This document shows, in pieces, positions 1 through 10,409 of a stretch of DNA of 64,000 bases. The notes below the pieces were generated by a model. It ran no database searches. It was given only the letters and a program-made list of their open reading frames with translations, and had not been told where the DNA came from. Source of the DNA: a virus (Duplodnaviria; Caudoviricetes); IMG/VR virus record IMGVR_UViG_3300028549_000365, positions 64,001 through 128,000 of that record. The stretch is one strand, 5' to 3'. Numbering within the stretch: the stretch's first letter is position 1; each line of letters begins with the position of its first letter. The position numbers and the translations under genes are program-made.

Positions 1-1335
1 ATTCTACCTGTATTATCAGATAGTGTGATAACACCATCTTATAACGAAGTATTCGTAAGGTTATTAAAAGCTAAGTTATCGTTTACTTCTACGATTAAAA
101 ACTTTATAGTAGATGGTGTAACTGTACCAGGTGAAGTTATAAATTCACAGATACTTCGCGTTAATGAAGCACAGATCGTCGATAACATAGGTAAACCACT
201 TGTGAGTACTAGTTTGTACCTTACAAGTAATGTAGGGCTTGTAGAGGCTTACAGGCGCTATGGTGGTATAGATAGTGTAATAGTTACTAATGGTGACGTA
301 ACTGATTACAGAGTTGACTATGTTGTCTACGAGAGTACACGTATTAGACCTAAGAGTCTTAAAGAGTTTGGTTACAGCCCACACGATCTAAAAATATGTG
401 TAAAACGTTCTGAAATAAAAAGTAGATCATTTATAGATAACTTTACATATGGTCTTATATACATACTAGATATGTTTCCAGAGTCAGCTGTCGACTTAGA
501 AAATATATTGTATGCTAAGAATGTTAACTTAGAAATAAAGCTATGGAAAATACTTTTAGGTAGAGTTAGCTATAAAAATAGTTTCTCTGTAGATAGAATG
601 TATGGTGATGTTGAAGAACATTTTATAGCATTAAGTGGGTACGTAGATGAACATATTAAAAGTAAGTTATCTGTAAATAGTAAAGGTATAAATGACTTCT
701 TCGATATGCTAGCTATGATACTTGATAAGTATAACGCTTGGACGTTAAATAGCCGAGAGTATAACAGTAGTATAGAAAACAGATATATAGATATATTGTA
801 TTATATACTATATGACATAATTGTTGGTTTTAATAGAGTTATACTTAGTATAAATAAAAGAGCTAGTAAGAAAGCTATACTTGTAGAAAAAGAGATTATT
901 AAAATAATGAATAATGAGCTTAGTCCTAAAACTATACTCAACCTTACTCGTTCTTCAAGTCTTAACTTAGCTATTTCTGCGTGTGACTATAGCTCTGATA
1001 TTAAATATCCTAAGATAACTTCTGTACTAGAAGACCAGTCGCGTGGCCAAGGTGCTAGACGAGGTGGGAAAAATCAATTACCAGAAGCAGCTAAAACACT
1101 TAAGGGTGGAGATTTAGGTTTTGGTTCATTACTATTCCTAGGTAAGCAAACTCCTAGTCCTAGATTTAAACTTAACTTATTTCTTAACTATAATGTAGAT
1201 ACAGGTAGAATTAACCATCCTAGCGATCTAGAGCGTAGGTTGAAAAAGCTTAACAACTTACTTGTAGGAAGGCAAAGTGAGAACACTAATATCTTAGAAA
1301 GCGAATTAACAAGTATTGATAACGCCGTAGAATAA
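1..1335 (+). CDS. Probable non-virion RNA polymerase beta-like subunit (phiKZ gp123-like), 5'-truncated by the window edge
   Basis: Frame is open from base 1, so the GTG at 25 is not a real start. C-terminal LFLGKQTPSPRFKLNLFL...GRINHP resembles the remembered gp123-family C-terminus. Confidence 0.6.
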   Translation: MLPVLSDSVITPSYNEVFVRLLKAKLSFTSTIKNFIVDGVTVPGEVINSQILRVNEAQIVDNIGKPLVSTSLYLTSNVGLVEAYRRYGGIDSVIVTNGDVTDYRVDYVVYESTRIRPKSLKEFGYSPHDLKICVKRSEIKSRSFIDNFTYGLIYILDMFPESAVDLENILYAKNVNLEIKLWKILLGRVSYKNSFSVDRMYGDVEEHFIALSGYVDEHIKSKLSVNSKGINDFFDMLAMILDKYNAWTLNSREYNSSIENRYIDILYYILYDIIVGFNRVILSINKRASKKAILVEKEIIKIMNNELSPKTILNLTRSSSLNLAISACDYSSDIKYPKITSVLEDQSRGQGARRGGKNQLPEAAKTLKGGDLGFGSLLFLGKQTPSPRFKLNLFLNYNVDTGRINHPSDLERRLKKLNNLLVGRQSENTNILESELTSIDNAVE

Positions 1336-1365
1336 AATATAGGTTATACATCCAAAGATGTATAA

Positions 1366-1379
1366 TCACATATTATTTA
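1366..1379 (+). promoter_or_regulatory. Candidate phage promoter motif TCACATATTATTTA
   Basis: One of four near-identical intergenic copies; immediately follows the hairpin ttatacatc-caaa-gatgtataa (1344-1365); upstream of ORF 1463. Confidence 0.6.
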
Positions 1380-1462
1380 GATAGGTGTGTACTACGCCTT
1401 AAGTGTTTAACACAAGTAACATATATCTTTGGCCAAAGATCTAAATTAAACAAGGAGAATAG

Positions 1463-2935
1463 ATGAATGAAGAACAACAAATGGTGCAAGCACAAATAAC
1501 ATATAGTGCACAACTTAACGAACTAAACGGTTATTTAATAAACCCTAATCTCGATATGAACACTAGAGCTACATTAGTAGCACAACGAGACGGGATACAA
1601 AATATGTTAGCTGGTGTTAATGCTAATTTAAATAGCTTACGTACTAGAGCAGGCGGTGGTCAATTTCCACAAAAACATCCGTTTTATGCACAACAAAACC
1701 AACCTCAGACGCAACCGCAACAATATGTACAACCGCAGTATGTTCAACAACCGCAACAATATGTACAACCGCAGTATGTTCAACAACCACAATACTTGCA
1801 ACAACCGCAACAATATGTACAACCGCAGTACAATAATAACGTATATGGTTACCAGACTACAGTTCCAGCTATAGAGAGTACACTTAACTCTAATAGTAAA
1901 TATGATGCACCTAGACAATCCAAGTTACCTCAAGTGGAAAGTCGTGTTTATCAACCACAAGTTGTAGTTGAGAAGCCAATGATACCAAGCAAGCCGTTAG
2001 AAGGCCATGAGTTCGAACCGCTTACGTATTTAGGTTGCACAGTAGAAAAAGAAGACACAGGTGGGAATTACCACAAATTTATAATAAAAGGACGAGCGAT
2101 GGATATGGGAAATTTTGAAATACTAGAGTTAAACGCTGATGAAACAGTTGTTTGTGAATTGATAAGAGCTGATGTTAATAACACACCTATCTACAACGGT
2201 TTAAAAGCTATGGGATATAGTTATAAAGCTGGTATTATTGTTAACGACGTTATTGAACAATATGAAGTACTTGTAGAGAAAGAAGTAGCAACTGAGTTCA
2301 TAAGTAAACTGTTTACACATAACACAACTATAGGTCATCTTGTTAACAAGCTGGTCGAGATAAAATTTGATACTGATAACACAAGTAACACATTAACACA
2401 AAAAGTTGTTAACACGATAATCGGAGATATTACTAAAAGAATAAATGACATATTAAAACATGTTGTCGGTAGTACACTATGCATAGACAGTGTTATGACA
2501 GATTTCAAAGAGCTTATGGAATTTGTTAACGATTTAGATGTTGTTACTAAAAACAATATTATGGAAAACTTAACATCATTAGTTAAAACAGAATTAGATG
2601 GTTATGGTGAATCTAAAATAGGTTCTCCTTTAGGAGTTATAAATAATGAGCACGTTAAAACACTTGTTATAGCTGAACAATCAACTGTTATATTTGTTAA
2701 CAATCCACTTGTTTCAAGTAGTATTATAGGTAGAGTTAATGAAGCTGGTACTGTTAAAGTTAGTAAGCAAGATCTTAAAGAATTGTTTACTGTGTTTGAA
2801 ACAGTACGAACAGGTAATAAATATATATTCGCAGAGACAAACCATGCTAAAATATTACTAGATACGTCTAGTGCTGTTTATGAGTTATGGTATAATCCTG
2901 TAAGAGAATACTATACTATTACAAATAAAAAGTAA
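1463..2935 (+). CDS. Hypothetical protein with Q/Y/P-rich low-complexity N-terminal region
   Basis: 490-aa ORF with AAGGAG RBS; QPQQYVQPQYVQ repeats. Confidence 0.8.
   Translation: MNEEQQMVQAQITYSAQLNELNGYLINPNLDMNTRATLVAQRDGIQNMLAGVNANLNSLRTRAGGGQFPQKHPFYAQQNQPQTQPQQYVQPQYVQQPQQYVQPQYVQQPQYLQQPQQYVQPQYNNNVYGYQTTVPAIESTLNSNSKYDAPRQSKLPQVESRVYQPQVVVEKPMIPSKPLEGHEFEPLTYLGCTVEKEDTGGNYHKFIIKGRAMDMGNFEILELNADETVVCELIRADVNNTPIYNGLKAMGYSYKAGIIVNDVIEQYEVLVEKEVATEFISKLFTHNTTIGHLVNKLVEIKFDTDNTSNTLTQKVVNTIIGDITKRINDILKHVVGSTLCIDSVMTDFKELMEFVNDLDVVTKNNIMENLTSLVKTELDGYGESKIGSPLGVINNEHVKTLVIAEQSTVIFVNNPLVSSSIIGRVNEAGTVKVSKQDLKELFTVFETVRTGNKYIFAETNHAKILLDTSSAVYELWYNPVREYYTITNKK
1712..1830 (+). repeat. In-frame coding tandem repeat, 36-nt period
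   Basis: caaccgcaacaatatgtacaaccgcagta starts at 1712, 1748 and 1802. Confidence 0.9.
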
Positions 2936-2938
2936 CTA

Positions 2939-2966
2939 GATAAGTAGTGGGTTACCACTACTTATC
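2939..2966. terminator. Hairpin at a convergent gene junction, probable bidirectional terminator
   Basis: gataagtagtgg-gtta-ccactacttatc, 12-bp perfect stem. Confidence 0.7.
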
Positions 2967-5900
2967 ATTGTTTTCTTTTTTAGCTTTCTCTTCTTCTTCT
3001 TTCTTTTTCTTAGCTGCTAACTCTTCTGGAGTAAGATTCTCTTCCTCTTCTTTTTTCTTTTTAGCTTCTAGTTCTTCTGGCGTTAAATCTTCATCATTAA
3101 CTTGCTCTTCTTTAGGCTCTTCTTCAGTAGGCTCAGGTTCTTCAGTTAAAGGAACTTCATCATCCTTTACATCTACATCTACAGTAACATTATCCTCTAG
3201 ATCATCATCAAATGTTTCTACAGTGTCTTCTTCTAATTCATCTGATTCAGACACAATAGGTTCATTATCCTCTAGATCGTCATCGAACGTCTCTACAGGC
3301 TCTTCTTCCTCTTCTGGTAATTCATCAGTAGGTTCAACATCTTCTTCGTTTACATCAGTAGTTATGTCTTTATCTACATTTGTACCGTCGGTGTTTTCTA
3401 AGTCTACATCAGGTTCTTCTACACCACCTTCATCTATATCAGTAACTACTTCATCGTCACCTTCAGGTATGTCTATGTTCTCGTTTTCACCTATATTATC
3501 AGTAGGTGTTTCCTCTACTTCACCTGTTGGGTCTTCACCAGTGACTCCTAAATCATCACCTAAACCACCACCGTCTAAATCTCCTTCAGGTGTCCCCGTA
3601 GCTCCACCTAGACCATCATCAATAGGATCGCCTTCTACACCACCTGTGCCATCATCATCAAATGTTTCCTCAGCACCAGGTTGTTCTTCTCCTAAACCTT
3701 CTGATAATCTTTCATCATTAACTTCTTGGAACTTTTTATTCTTTTTAACAAAAGGTAATATAACTTTAGATAGACTCTCTACGTAATCGTTATATTCATC
3801 TAGTATGTTAAACTTAGGTTTACCTTCGTTGTCCAATGTTAAGAAATCACTCATCTCAGGTATGAAGTTGTTATCAGTCATCCAGTTTTTTACAAGTATG
3901 GTTTTCATAACAGACTTAACTGTATCCATTTTACTACTCATTTCTCCTAGGAAATCTTGTGGTAATGCTGTAGATGAAAGTACGTTGTCTAACCATAGGT
4001 CTAAAGAACTCATAAATGTGTTTAATGACTCTTGCATATTAGCGGTCTCTTGCATCTCTGGTCTAGGTAATTCAATAGCTATATTTCTAGAGTATAACTC
4101 AACTACATAATCAGCTAACTTAGCTTTACTTTTTAACGTTGGTATAGTGTCTACATCAGCACCAAAGTCTTTACGTAACATCTTTTTAATAGACGCAGCG
4201 TTAGCTAAAGCTATATCTCTTATGATAGTTTGTAAATTAGGGTCGTTTATAATAAGTTTTCTAATATGATTACTTAGCATAACTGTAAACTGATCTTGTA
4301 ACTGTATAACTCTTTTAGCTAATAAGATGTTCTTACTAATAACAGTAGTAGCGAATTCAGGATCATATCCACTTCTGACTAATTCCTTTGTAAGACCAAA
4401 TGACATTATTATAAACTCTTGTATCTTCTCGTCTAAGATATCATCAGGAACTATCTTATTAGTATTTACATCAGCTATATTAATTTGCATATCAGGTAAC
4501 GATGGATGTTTGAAATTGTATTTAAACCCAACCTTTTGACTCCATTCAACTAGGTCATTAATGTTAGTCACACCTATAGGTAACTGTGTTTGTCTAGTTT
4601 TTAATGTTTCAGCTATGATTTTTTCCATAGTTGCTTCTGGGTCTGGATCGTTCTCATCTAGAACAGCACTTACCTCAGTAGTAGTAACTGAGTTTTTAAG
4701 AGTACCCATGATATTACTAAATAATATAATACTTCTTATACTGAATAGCATTGCTACTTTTTCTAAATATGATCTACCTGTACCATTTTCTCTATAGTCA
4801 AATGCGTAATACATTAACATATCTTTAGGTACATATATCATTCTAGTTTGTTTTTCAGCTAACGCTCTACTAAACATAACTCTATATAAATCAGTATCAT
4901 TAGCTACTTCAGCTAACTCGCCGTATTTGCTACTTTTTAATTTAGATTGTATAGCTTGTTCTATTATCTTAGTGTAGAGTTCTTCTAGATTCTCTAGTGT
5001 GGGGTCTTTCTTAGTGATACCAACTAATGCTGTCTTTGCTTTATTTATTAAAGATGTCTTATTGTCCATAGCGTATACTTGTTCTAGATTAAACCCAGAG
5101 TTGCCTCTAGTGTTAGTTAAACTATCTCCAGTTATAGGAGTTCCGTTAAAGTCTACTAAAATAAAATAACCTAGGTGTCTAGTTGGATCATTAACTACAT
5201 GCACTGGTATTACTGACTCAGTAGTTAACTTCATAATTAACGGTTTACCTACGGCGACAGTGTTATTATCGTTAGCTAGATTTACTACAGCATAATTTTT
5301 ATCTGTATTCTTATTAAACATCTTTTGTAACTTACGATCTTCTGTACTTACATCGAAATCAACTTCTTTGTTATATACGTTTGATCTTATATTACGTTCG
5401 ACTATATTTAAAAAGTTTTCGGCTGCAAATAACACACTTACATCATCTGATATATCAACAACTTTATTAAAAGTTTCAGTATCAAAGTCAGTTATAGCTA
5501 ACTTATCTATAGGTTCGTCATTTGTTACTAAATTCTCTATAGATAACGTGATAAGAGTTTTATTTACTTTATTGTCTGTTTTGAATATACCTAAACTACC
5601 TTTACTCACAGTTGGGTTAGTAAAACTTTCTAATGTTAAGTCTATTTTATTATCTATATTAACAACTTCATTAATCTTATTCTCAGGTATAATTGCTTCT
5701 ATGTATGTGCCTTTTGTAAATAAAGATTCTCTTAATATAGTCATAAGTTTATCTTCTAATTTATAGTTTTTATCTACATATTTTTTAACAGCTGTTAGTA
5801 TGTTGTTGTTCACTTCGTTAGGCATATCTATATTATCTATTTTGTATGTTACATTAGTGCTTAACATATCGTTAGGGGCTAATATACTAGATGTTAATAT

Positions 5901-6113
5901 TTGTATGCTTAATTCAACATCTGGAAACAACTCTACTATAGATTCATTGTTTTTTATTCTATCGTTAATAGACGACGATAATGCTTGTAGATTATTAGCT
6001 GAAATATCTACCTTTCTTCTATTATTATCGTGAGTAGGAAGTTTATTGATAATAGCATCAATATTCGGGTTACCTTTTATTGATTTAGGTAATTTTGGTA
6101 TAGTTCTGTCCAT
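2958..6113 (-). CDS. Portal protein (phiKZ gp129-like) with long acidic C-terminal tail
   Basis: ELFPDVELSIQILTSSILAPND N-terminal motif typical of phiKZ-type portals; divergent from a gp128-like gene. Confidence 0.8.
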   Translation of the reverse strand: MDRTIPKLPKSIKGNPNIDAIINKLPTHDNNRRKVDISANNLQALSSSINDRIKNNESIVELFPDVELSIQILTSSILAPNDMLSTNVTYKIDNIDMPNEVNNNILTAVKKYVDKNYKLEDKLMTILRESLFTKGTYIEAIIPENKINEVVNIDNKIDLTLESFTNPTVSKGSLGIFKTDNKVNKTLITLSIENLVTNDEPIDKLAITDFDTETFNKVVDISDDVSVLFAAENFLNIVERNIRSNVYNKEVDFDVSTEDRKLQKMFNKNTDKNYAVVNLANDNNTVAVGKPLIMKLTTESVIPVHVVNDPTRHLGYFILVDFNGTPITGDSLTNTRGNSGFNLEQVYAMDNKTSLINKAKTALVGITKKDPTLENLEELYTKIIEQAIQSKLKSSKYGELAEVANDTDLYRVMFSRALAEKQTRMIYVPKDMLMYYAFDYRENGTGRSYLEKVAMLFSIRSIILFSNIMGTLKNSVTTTEVSAVLDENDPDPEATMEKIIAETLKTRQTQLPIGVTNINDLVEWSQKVGFKYNFKHPSLPDMQINIADVNTNKIVPDDILDEKIQEFIIMSFGLTKELVRSGYDPEFATTVISKNILLAKRVIQLQDQFTVMLSNHIRKLIINDPNLQTIIRDIALANAASIKKMLRKDFGADVDTIPTLKSKAKLADYVVELYSRNIAIELPRPEMQETANMQESLNTFMSSLDLWLDNVLSSTALPQDFLGEMSSKMDTVKSVMKTILVKNWMTDNNFIPEMSDFLTLDNEGKPKFNILDEYNDYVESLSKVILPFVKKNKKFQEVNDERLSEGLGEEQPGAEETFDDDGTGGVEGDPIDDGLGGATGTPEGDLDGGGLGDDLGVTGEDPTGEVEETPTDNIGENENIDIPEGDDEVVTDIDEGGVEEPDVDLENTDGTNVDKDITTDVNEEDVEPTDELPEEEEEPVETFDDDLEDNEPIVSESDELEEDTVETFDDDLEDNVTVDVDVKDDEVPLTEEPEPTEEEPKEEQVNDEDLTPEELEAKKKKEEEENLTPEELAAKKKKEEEEKAKKENNDK

Positions 6114-6146
6114 GAGTGCCCTTTATATTTAGATAAGGAAATAAAA

Positions 6147-8483
6147 ATGTATACAATTGATAATTATATAAAAGATACATATTCATTAACCAATAGTTTG
6201 GTTATTAAAATGTCCGATGTTGCAATTACTGTTAACAAAGGAATTTATATTGTTCATGGAATAAAACCATCTGAAAATAAAAGTCAGTGGAAATACTATA
6301 TGAACCTAGCTGGTGAAAAACATTTCACCAACAATGACGTTATGATTACGTTACTAGAGACAGGTAAACAAGAATATCTTTCTAAAGAATTGTTAGAGAA
6401 TAATCAATATACTAAGTTTGAATTAAATAAATACAGTTCATACTATAAAGAATTGATAACTAACTTTCCTAATGATATTGATTATATAAAAGGTTGTATA
6501 AACCCTGTTGATATAGATAAAGCTATAGACGCTAGAGACGGTAGCATTATGGCTTATAGTGAACAGTATATAGGGTATCAAGAGTTATCTATAATAAGAG
6601 AGCTAGAAATAAAGATACAAAGTATGTTAGCAAGATGGCATATTAAAGAGTATTGTATAACTGATGAATTATATCTTTCTAGTTTAATAGGTATAATGTA
6701 TACAATAATACCTAGTATGCTATTAAACTTAGCGTTAGAAAGAGTTAACACTAATGAGGTTAATTCATTTCACATGGAACATTTTTTCAGAAGTAGACTT
6801 AATTTATGGGACAATATACAAAGTTTAAATAACGAAAGTAAGATGTGGTTGTATAATAACTTGAATTACTTACTTAAGTATCAAGGTAGAAACGAAACTC
6901 TAGATAGCATAGCCTATAATGTATTTGAAAAGAATAACTTAGGTTTAGGAACATATACACTTTATAATACGTTACCTACATTAAAAGACGACCCTAAACT
7001 TAATGAAGCTGTTTATAACGAATCAGAATCTATATTCATACTAGAAAAGTTAAACAACAAATACAGTACAGACGTAAGTGATAATAGTGATGTTGAGACT
7101 ATATTAGATATGGAACTATATACCGATCTAGATTCTGACAACAGCACACCATCTACAGCTTTGGAGACAATAACTAAACATGTTACCAATAAACTTAAAT
7201 CAAGAACTAGTATAGAACAGAATACTAAAATATTAGATATATCAACTGTAAAATTGTTTAAACTATATGGTAATGACCCGCTTATAACAGTTCTAGACAA
7301 TTGGTTGTATAATAGTTGCAATGGTATATATGTAGCGAAAAAGATATTCATAGATCCTAATAATAAGATTAAATATTTTATATCACCTTTGGAAGGATTA
7401 TACATTTTCTATTATATGCTTATAGAACTACTAGATGCTGAAGATACGCCAATAAACACTATTAGTTATTCTAATTGTATAAATAATAATATTACTAAAG
7501 AATACTTAAGTAATAACTTGTTTAACTTAGAGTACACTGAACCAATTATAGATGAAATACTTAGATACACTACTAGTGAAGTATCTACAATTGTTGACAC
7601 TAAAAGCTTTACTTCTTATTTATCTAGCATTAAACTTTTGTATAGTAATATATGGGTAATGGATAGTAATGTGAACAATAGTACAATAAGTGCTAATATT
7701 AAACATATTGTTAACAGAATATACAAATCTGGTACACATATAGTTAATAATGATGTACCTATAACTATGAAAGATTTATTAGCTAAATCTAGTATACATA
7801 TTAATATTAATGACAGTTATAATAAACTTAATACGATTACTGAAATATTTAAGTTATTCACTGGTTTAGAGATAAATGAATATACGGCTATAAATGATAA
7901 CCTTAAAGAGATGTCAATATTACTTAATAAACTCACAAGTTATACAACACAAGTTATAAAGAACATTGATGATAATAAAGTGTTATATACACCATATACA
8001 TCTATAACTGCACTGCATGGTAGAGTCGGTGTTATAACAGTTACATCAGCCAGTATAGTTTTTCCATTAGAAAACGTAGGTAATAGGTTAATATGTAATG
8101 GTAATGATTATATAGAGGATCTAAGTATAACATCTTTAAGTTATCAACCTGTTTTTTATATTGATAAACTTATTGGAGGTATAGCGATAGGTCATCAACC
8201 TCAATATAGCGATAGTATAGAGTTATCTACAGTTACTGAAATGTACAGTGAGATAATGTTACCTTATACCAGTTTCATGGGAATGGGAGTTAAGGCTATT
8301 GTAGAAAGTGACGGTATAGAAGATATAGGTTCTGACATACCTTCATATACCCAGTTAACACTACTAGAAATAGAAGAAGACGATGAAGGTGTTGACGTAG
8401 TTATTTATAACACGGAACCAACGCAAGAAGACGGTTATTTTGTTACCGCGCAACCTAATCTAATAGTAGAATTTGAAGACTAA
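6147..8483 (+). CDS. Virion structural protein (phiKZ gp128-like)
   Basis: WKYYMNLAGEKH motif and position divergent from the portal. Confidence 0.6.
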   Translation: MYTIDNYIKDTYSLTNSLVIKMSDVAITVNKGIYIVHGIKPSENKSQWKYYMNLAGEKHFTNNDVMITLLETGKQEYLSKELLENNQYTKFELNKYSSYYKELITNFPNDIDYIKGCINPVDIDKAIDARDGSIMAYSEQYIGYQELSIIRELEIKIQSMLARWHIKEYCITDELYLSSLIGIMYTIIPSMLLNLALERVNTNEVNSFHMEHFFRSRLNLWDNIQSLNNESKMWLYNNLNYLLKYQGRNETLDSIAYNVFEKNNLGLGTYTLYNTLPTLKDDPKLNEAVYNESESIFILEKLNNKYSTDVSDNSDVETILDMELYTDLDSDNSTPSTALETITKHVTNKLKSRTSIEQNTKILDISTVKLFKLYGNDPLITVLDNWLYNSCNGIYVAKKIFIDPNNKIKYFISPLEGLYIFYYMLIELLDAEDTPINTISYSNCINNNITKEYLSNNLFNLEYTEPIIDEILRYTTSEVSTIVDTKSFTSYLSSIKLLYSNIWVMDSNVNNSTISANIKHIVNRIYKSGTHIVNNDVPITMKDLLAKSSIHININDSYNKLNTITEIFKLFTGLEINEYTAINDNLKEMSILLNKLTSYTTQVIKNIDDNKVLYTPYTSITALHGRVGVITVTSASIVFPLENVGNRLICNGNDYIEDLSITSLSYQPVFYIDKLIGGIAIGHQPQYSDSIELSTVTEMYSEIMLPYTSFMGMGVKAIVESDGIEDIGSDIPSYTQLTLLEIEEDDEGVDVVIYNTEPTQEDGYFVTAQPNLIVEFED

Positions 8484-8512
8484 CATACAGTGACATATGT
8501 CACTGTATGTTA
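8481..8512. terminator. Perfect 32-bp palindrome bounded by the stop codons of two convergent genes
   Basis: taacatacagtgacat|atgtcactgtatgtta. Confidence 0.7.
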
Positions 8513-9064
8513 TATCTTATATAATAATACTGGGTTCTTTCTAAATTCTAGTATAGCGGTGTAACCTATAGCTAGTGAATCTATTTCATGTTCAGTTAGT
8601 AAGTTAGTATTTACTTTCTTAGTAATTTCTTCTATCTTATTAACACTAGCTAACATCATATTCTTATCGGCATTACCATTGTTAGCTATACGAGCTTTAA
8701 CTAGTTTAGGTGGATACCTGAATATTTTTATAAGTTGATTATTTTGTTTAAACACAAGTTCTATCGTTGCGATATATTGTGATAATTGCATAACAGCTTT
8801 AGGAAACTTACTATTAAGGAACGCACTTTCAACTACTAAAGCTAAAGGAGAGTGAGTGTTGTATAACTCATTACATACTTTGTTTATATGTATAAGTTTC
8901 TCCAATAGTCTATCTTCTAAAACTATAGCACCAGCGTAGTTGTTTAGAACAATAGTTTTAGTTTCTATACTAACGACACTATGTGTATCAGCTGTTAACT
9001 CGTATATGGATACTCCTATATTATTTCCAGGATCTATAGATATTATTTTATATGTATTATTCAT
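8510..9064 (-). CDS. RuvC-like Holliday junction resolvase
   Basis: ISIDPG, VVESAF and HEIDSLAIG acidic motifs with RuvC spacing. Confidence 0.8.
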   Translation of the reverse strand: MNNTYKIISIDPGNNIGVSIYELTADTHSVVSIETKTIVLNNYAGAIVLEDRLLEKLIHINKVCNELYNTHSPLALVVESAFLNSKFPKAVMQLSQYIATIELVFKQNNQLIKIFRYPPKLVKARIANNGNADKNMMLASVNKIEEITKKVNTNLLTEHEIDSLAIGYTAILEFRKNPVLLYKI

Positions 9065-9876
9065 ATTGTTAATGGTTCCATACCAGCTATCTCTATAGAC
9101 CTAATAAGCTCTTTCTCAGCAGCTAGTGTGCTAGCTGTATCAACATCAACTTCATAATGAAAAGCTATTTGAACTACTGTAGCATCTAAAATACCATCTA
9201 TAGTTTTATCTATACCAGTACATACACCTATCTCTGTTAGGGCTTTTGTTGTTCCATAACCATATAAGACATTTATAGCATTTTGTACTTCTAGTAAGTC
9301 TGTCTTTAACATTATGAACGGTATCTTTGTTACCTTTGTGATGTATTTAACATCGTCTGTATTAGAATACATAACCGTATTTTCTTTAGGTGTTGGACTA
9401 AGTAGTTTATCTGTATTGGTATCGAACAAAGATAATACAGGAACTCCGTTAACCATATTTATTTCGTGGAACTCATCTTTTATAGATTCATTTTCTATAA
9501 CTCTTAAATAATAACAATAGTACTCTATATTATTAATTATCTTCTTCATTTTGAATCTATATCTAACTTGTTCCTGTGGGAGTAAATCATTGTCTGTTCT
9601 TCTAACCACAAATGGTAAATGTTCAAATAACGCAGCATCAGTTGCTCTATGCTTAGAATAATTATAACCATCTACAGTGTCCAATATTCCAGACCCACCT
9701 ACTCCTATTGTGTAATACTTAAGTGTAGGGTATTCGTTGTCTTCGTTTAACACACCTTTATTAATATTAAACTTCTCATTAAGTGTTGTATTTGGTAATA
9801 CCTTATACGGTTTACCAGTTAATGCGTGCATCTGTAATGACATACCATATATTGTACGTTGTGAATTTTTAATCAT
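9061..9876 (-). CDS. Virion structural protein (phiKZ gp139-like)
   Basis: RTIYG...PNTTLNEKFNI...YYTIGVGG...HRATDAALFEHLPFVVR, remembered as conserved in phiKZ-like phages. Confidence 0.6.
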   Translation of the reverse strand: MIKNSQRTIYGMSLQMHALTGKPYKVLPNTTLNEKFNINKGVLNEDNEYPTLKYYTIGVGGSGILDTVDGYNYSKHRATDAALFEHLPFVVRRTDNDLLPQEQVRYRFKMKKIINNIEYYCYYLRVIENESIKDEFHEINMVNGVPVLSLFDTNTDKLLSPTPKENTVMYSNTDDVKYITKVTKIPFIMLKTDLLEVQNAINVLYGYGTTKALTEIGVCTGIDKTIDGILDATVVQIAFHYEVDVDTASTLAAEKELIRSIEIAGMEPLTI

Positions 9877-9887
9877 AACAACTCCTT

Positions 9888-10310
9888 TTATTTTTCTTTA
9901 AGTTCTGTAAAATCTTCTAATAATAATTTAGTAGGATCTATCTCTAACTCACCATCGACAACTGTTATATCTATTATCTCTTGTCTAAGTGTTAAGTCAG
10001 TAGGAGCTGCTAATTGTTTACTAGTACTTACAGTTTTAAGTGCCATCATAACAGTTTCTAGTATAGCCTCTTTATTTGCACCTGATTGGTATTTCAATCT
10101 ATTAGTAGCTGCATCGTGTGCTGCTTTCTCAGCTGAAGATAGTAGTTCATTTAAAACCCTTGCTGAAGAATTATAATACTTATCTTTAGGGTCAGCATTA
10201 AGAACTATATTATTAATAGCTGCCATTCTTATGTCTCTGGTTTTACCCATTATTTCTAGTTCTTCTTTAGTATATATAGAACTTTGTGCGTCTGAAACAT
10301 CCATACTCAT
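9888..10310 (-). CDS. Hypothetical protein
   Basis: 140-aa ORF with AAGGA RBS, co-oriented with downstream genes. Confidence 0.7.
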   Translation of the reverse strand: MSMDVSDAQSSIYTKEELEIMGKTRDIRMAAINNIVLNADPKDKYYNSSARVLNELLSSAEKAAHDAATNRLKYQSGANKEAILETVMMALKTVSTSKQLAAPTDLTLRQEIIDITVVDGELEIDPTKLLLEDFTELKEK

Positions 10311-10357
10311 GATATATCCTTGTGTTTTTTTATCAGATAACTGCTAAAACACGTCAG

Positions 10358-10371
10358 TCACATATTATTTA
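10358..10371 (+). promoter_or_regulatory. Candidate phage promoter motif TCACATATTATTTA
   Basis: Exact copy upstream of the RNase H gene, followed by AAGAGTG. Confidence 0.6.
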
Positions 10372-10409
10372 AAGAGTGGTGATTAATTAGATAAACATAA
10401 GGATTTAAA

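Noticed and set aside
1712-1830. 36-nt repeats of CRISPR-like length
   Set aside because: Directly adjacent, in frame and coding, with no unique spacers and no cas genes.
2947-3786. 279-aa Ser-rich + strand ORF and other long antisense ORFs (e.g. 21993-23231, 23619-24365, 5368-5766, 45886-46428)
   Set aside because: Shadow frames of biased coding strands (acidic or Lys-rich proteins give Ser/Phe/Leu-rich antisense frames); no RBS and no motifs.
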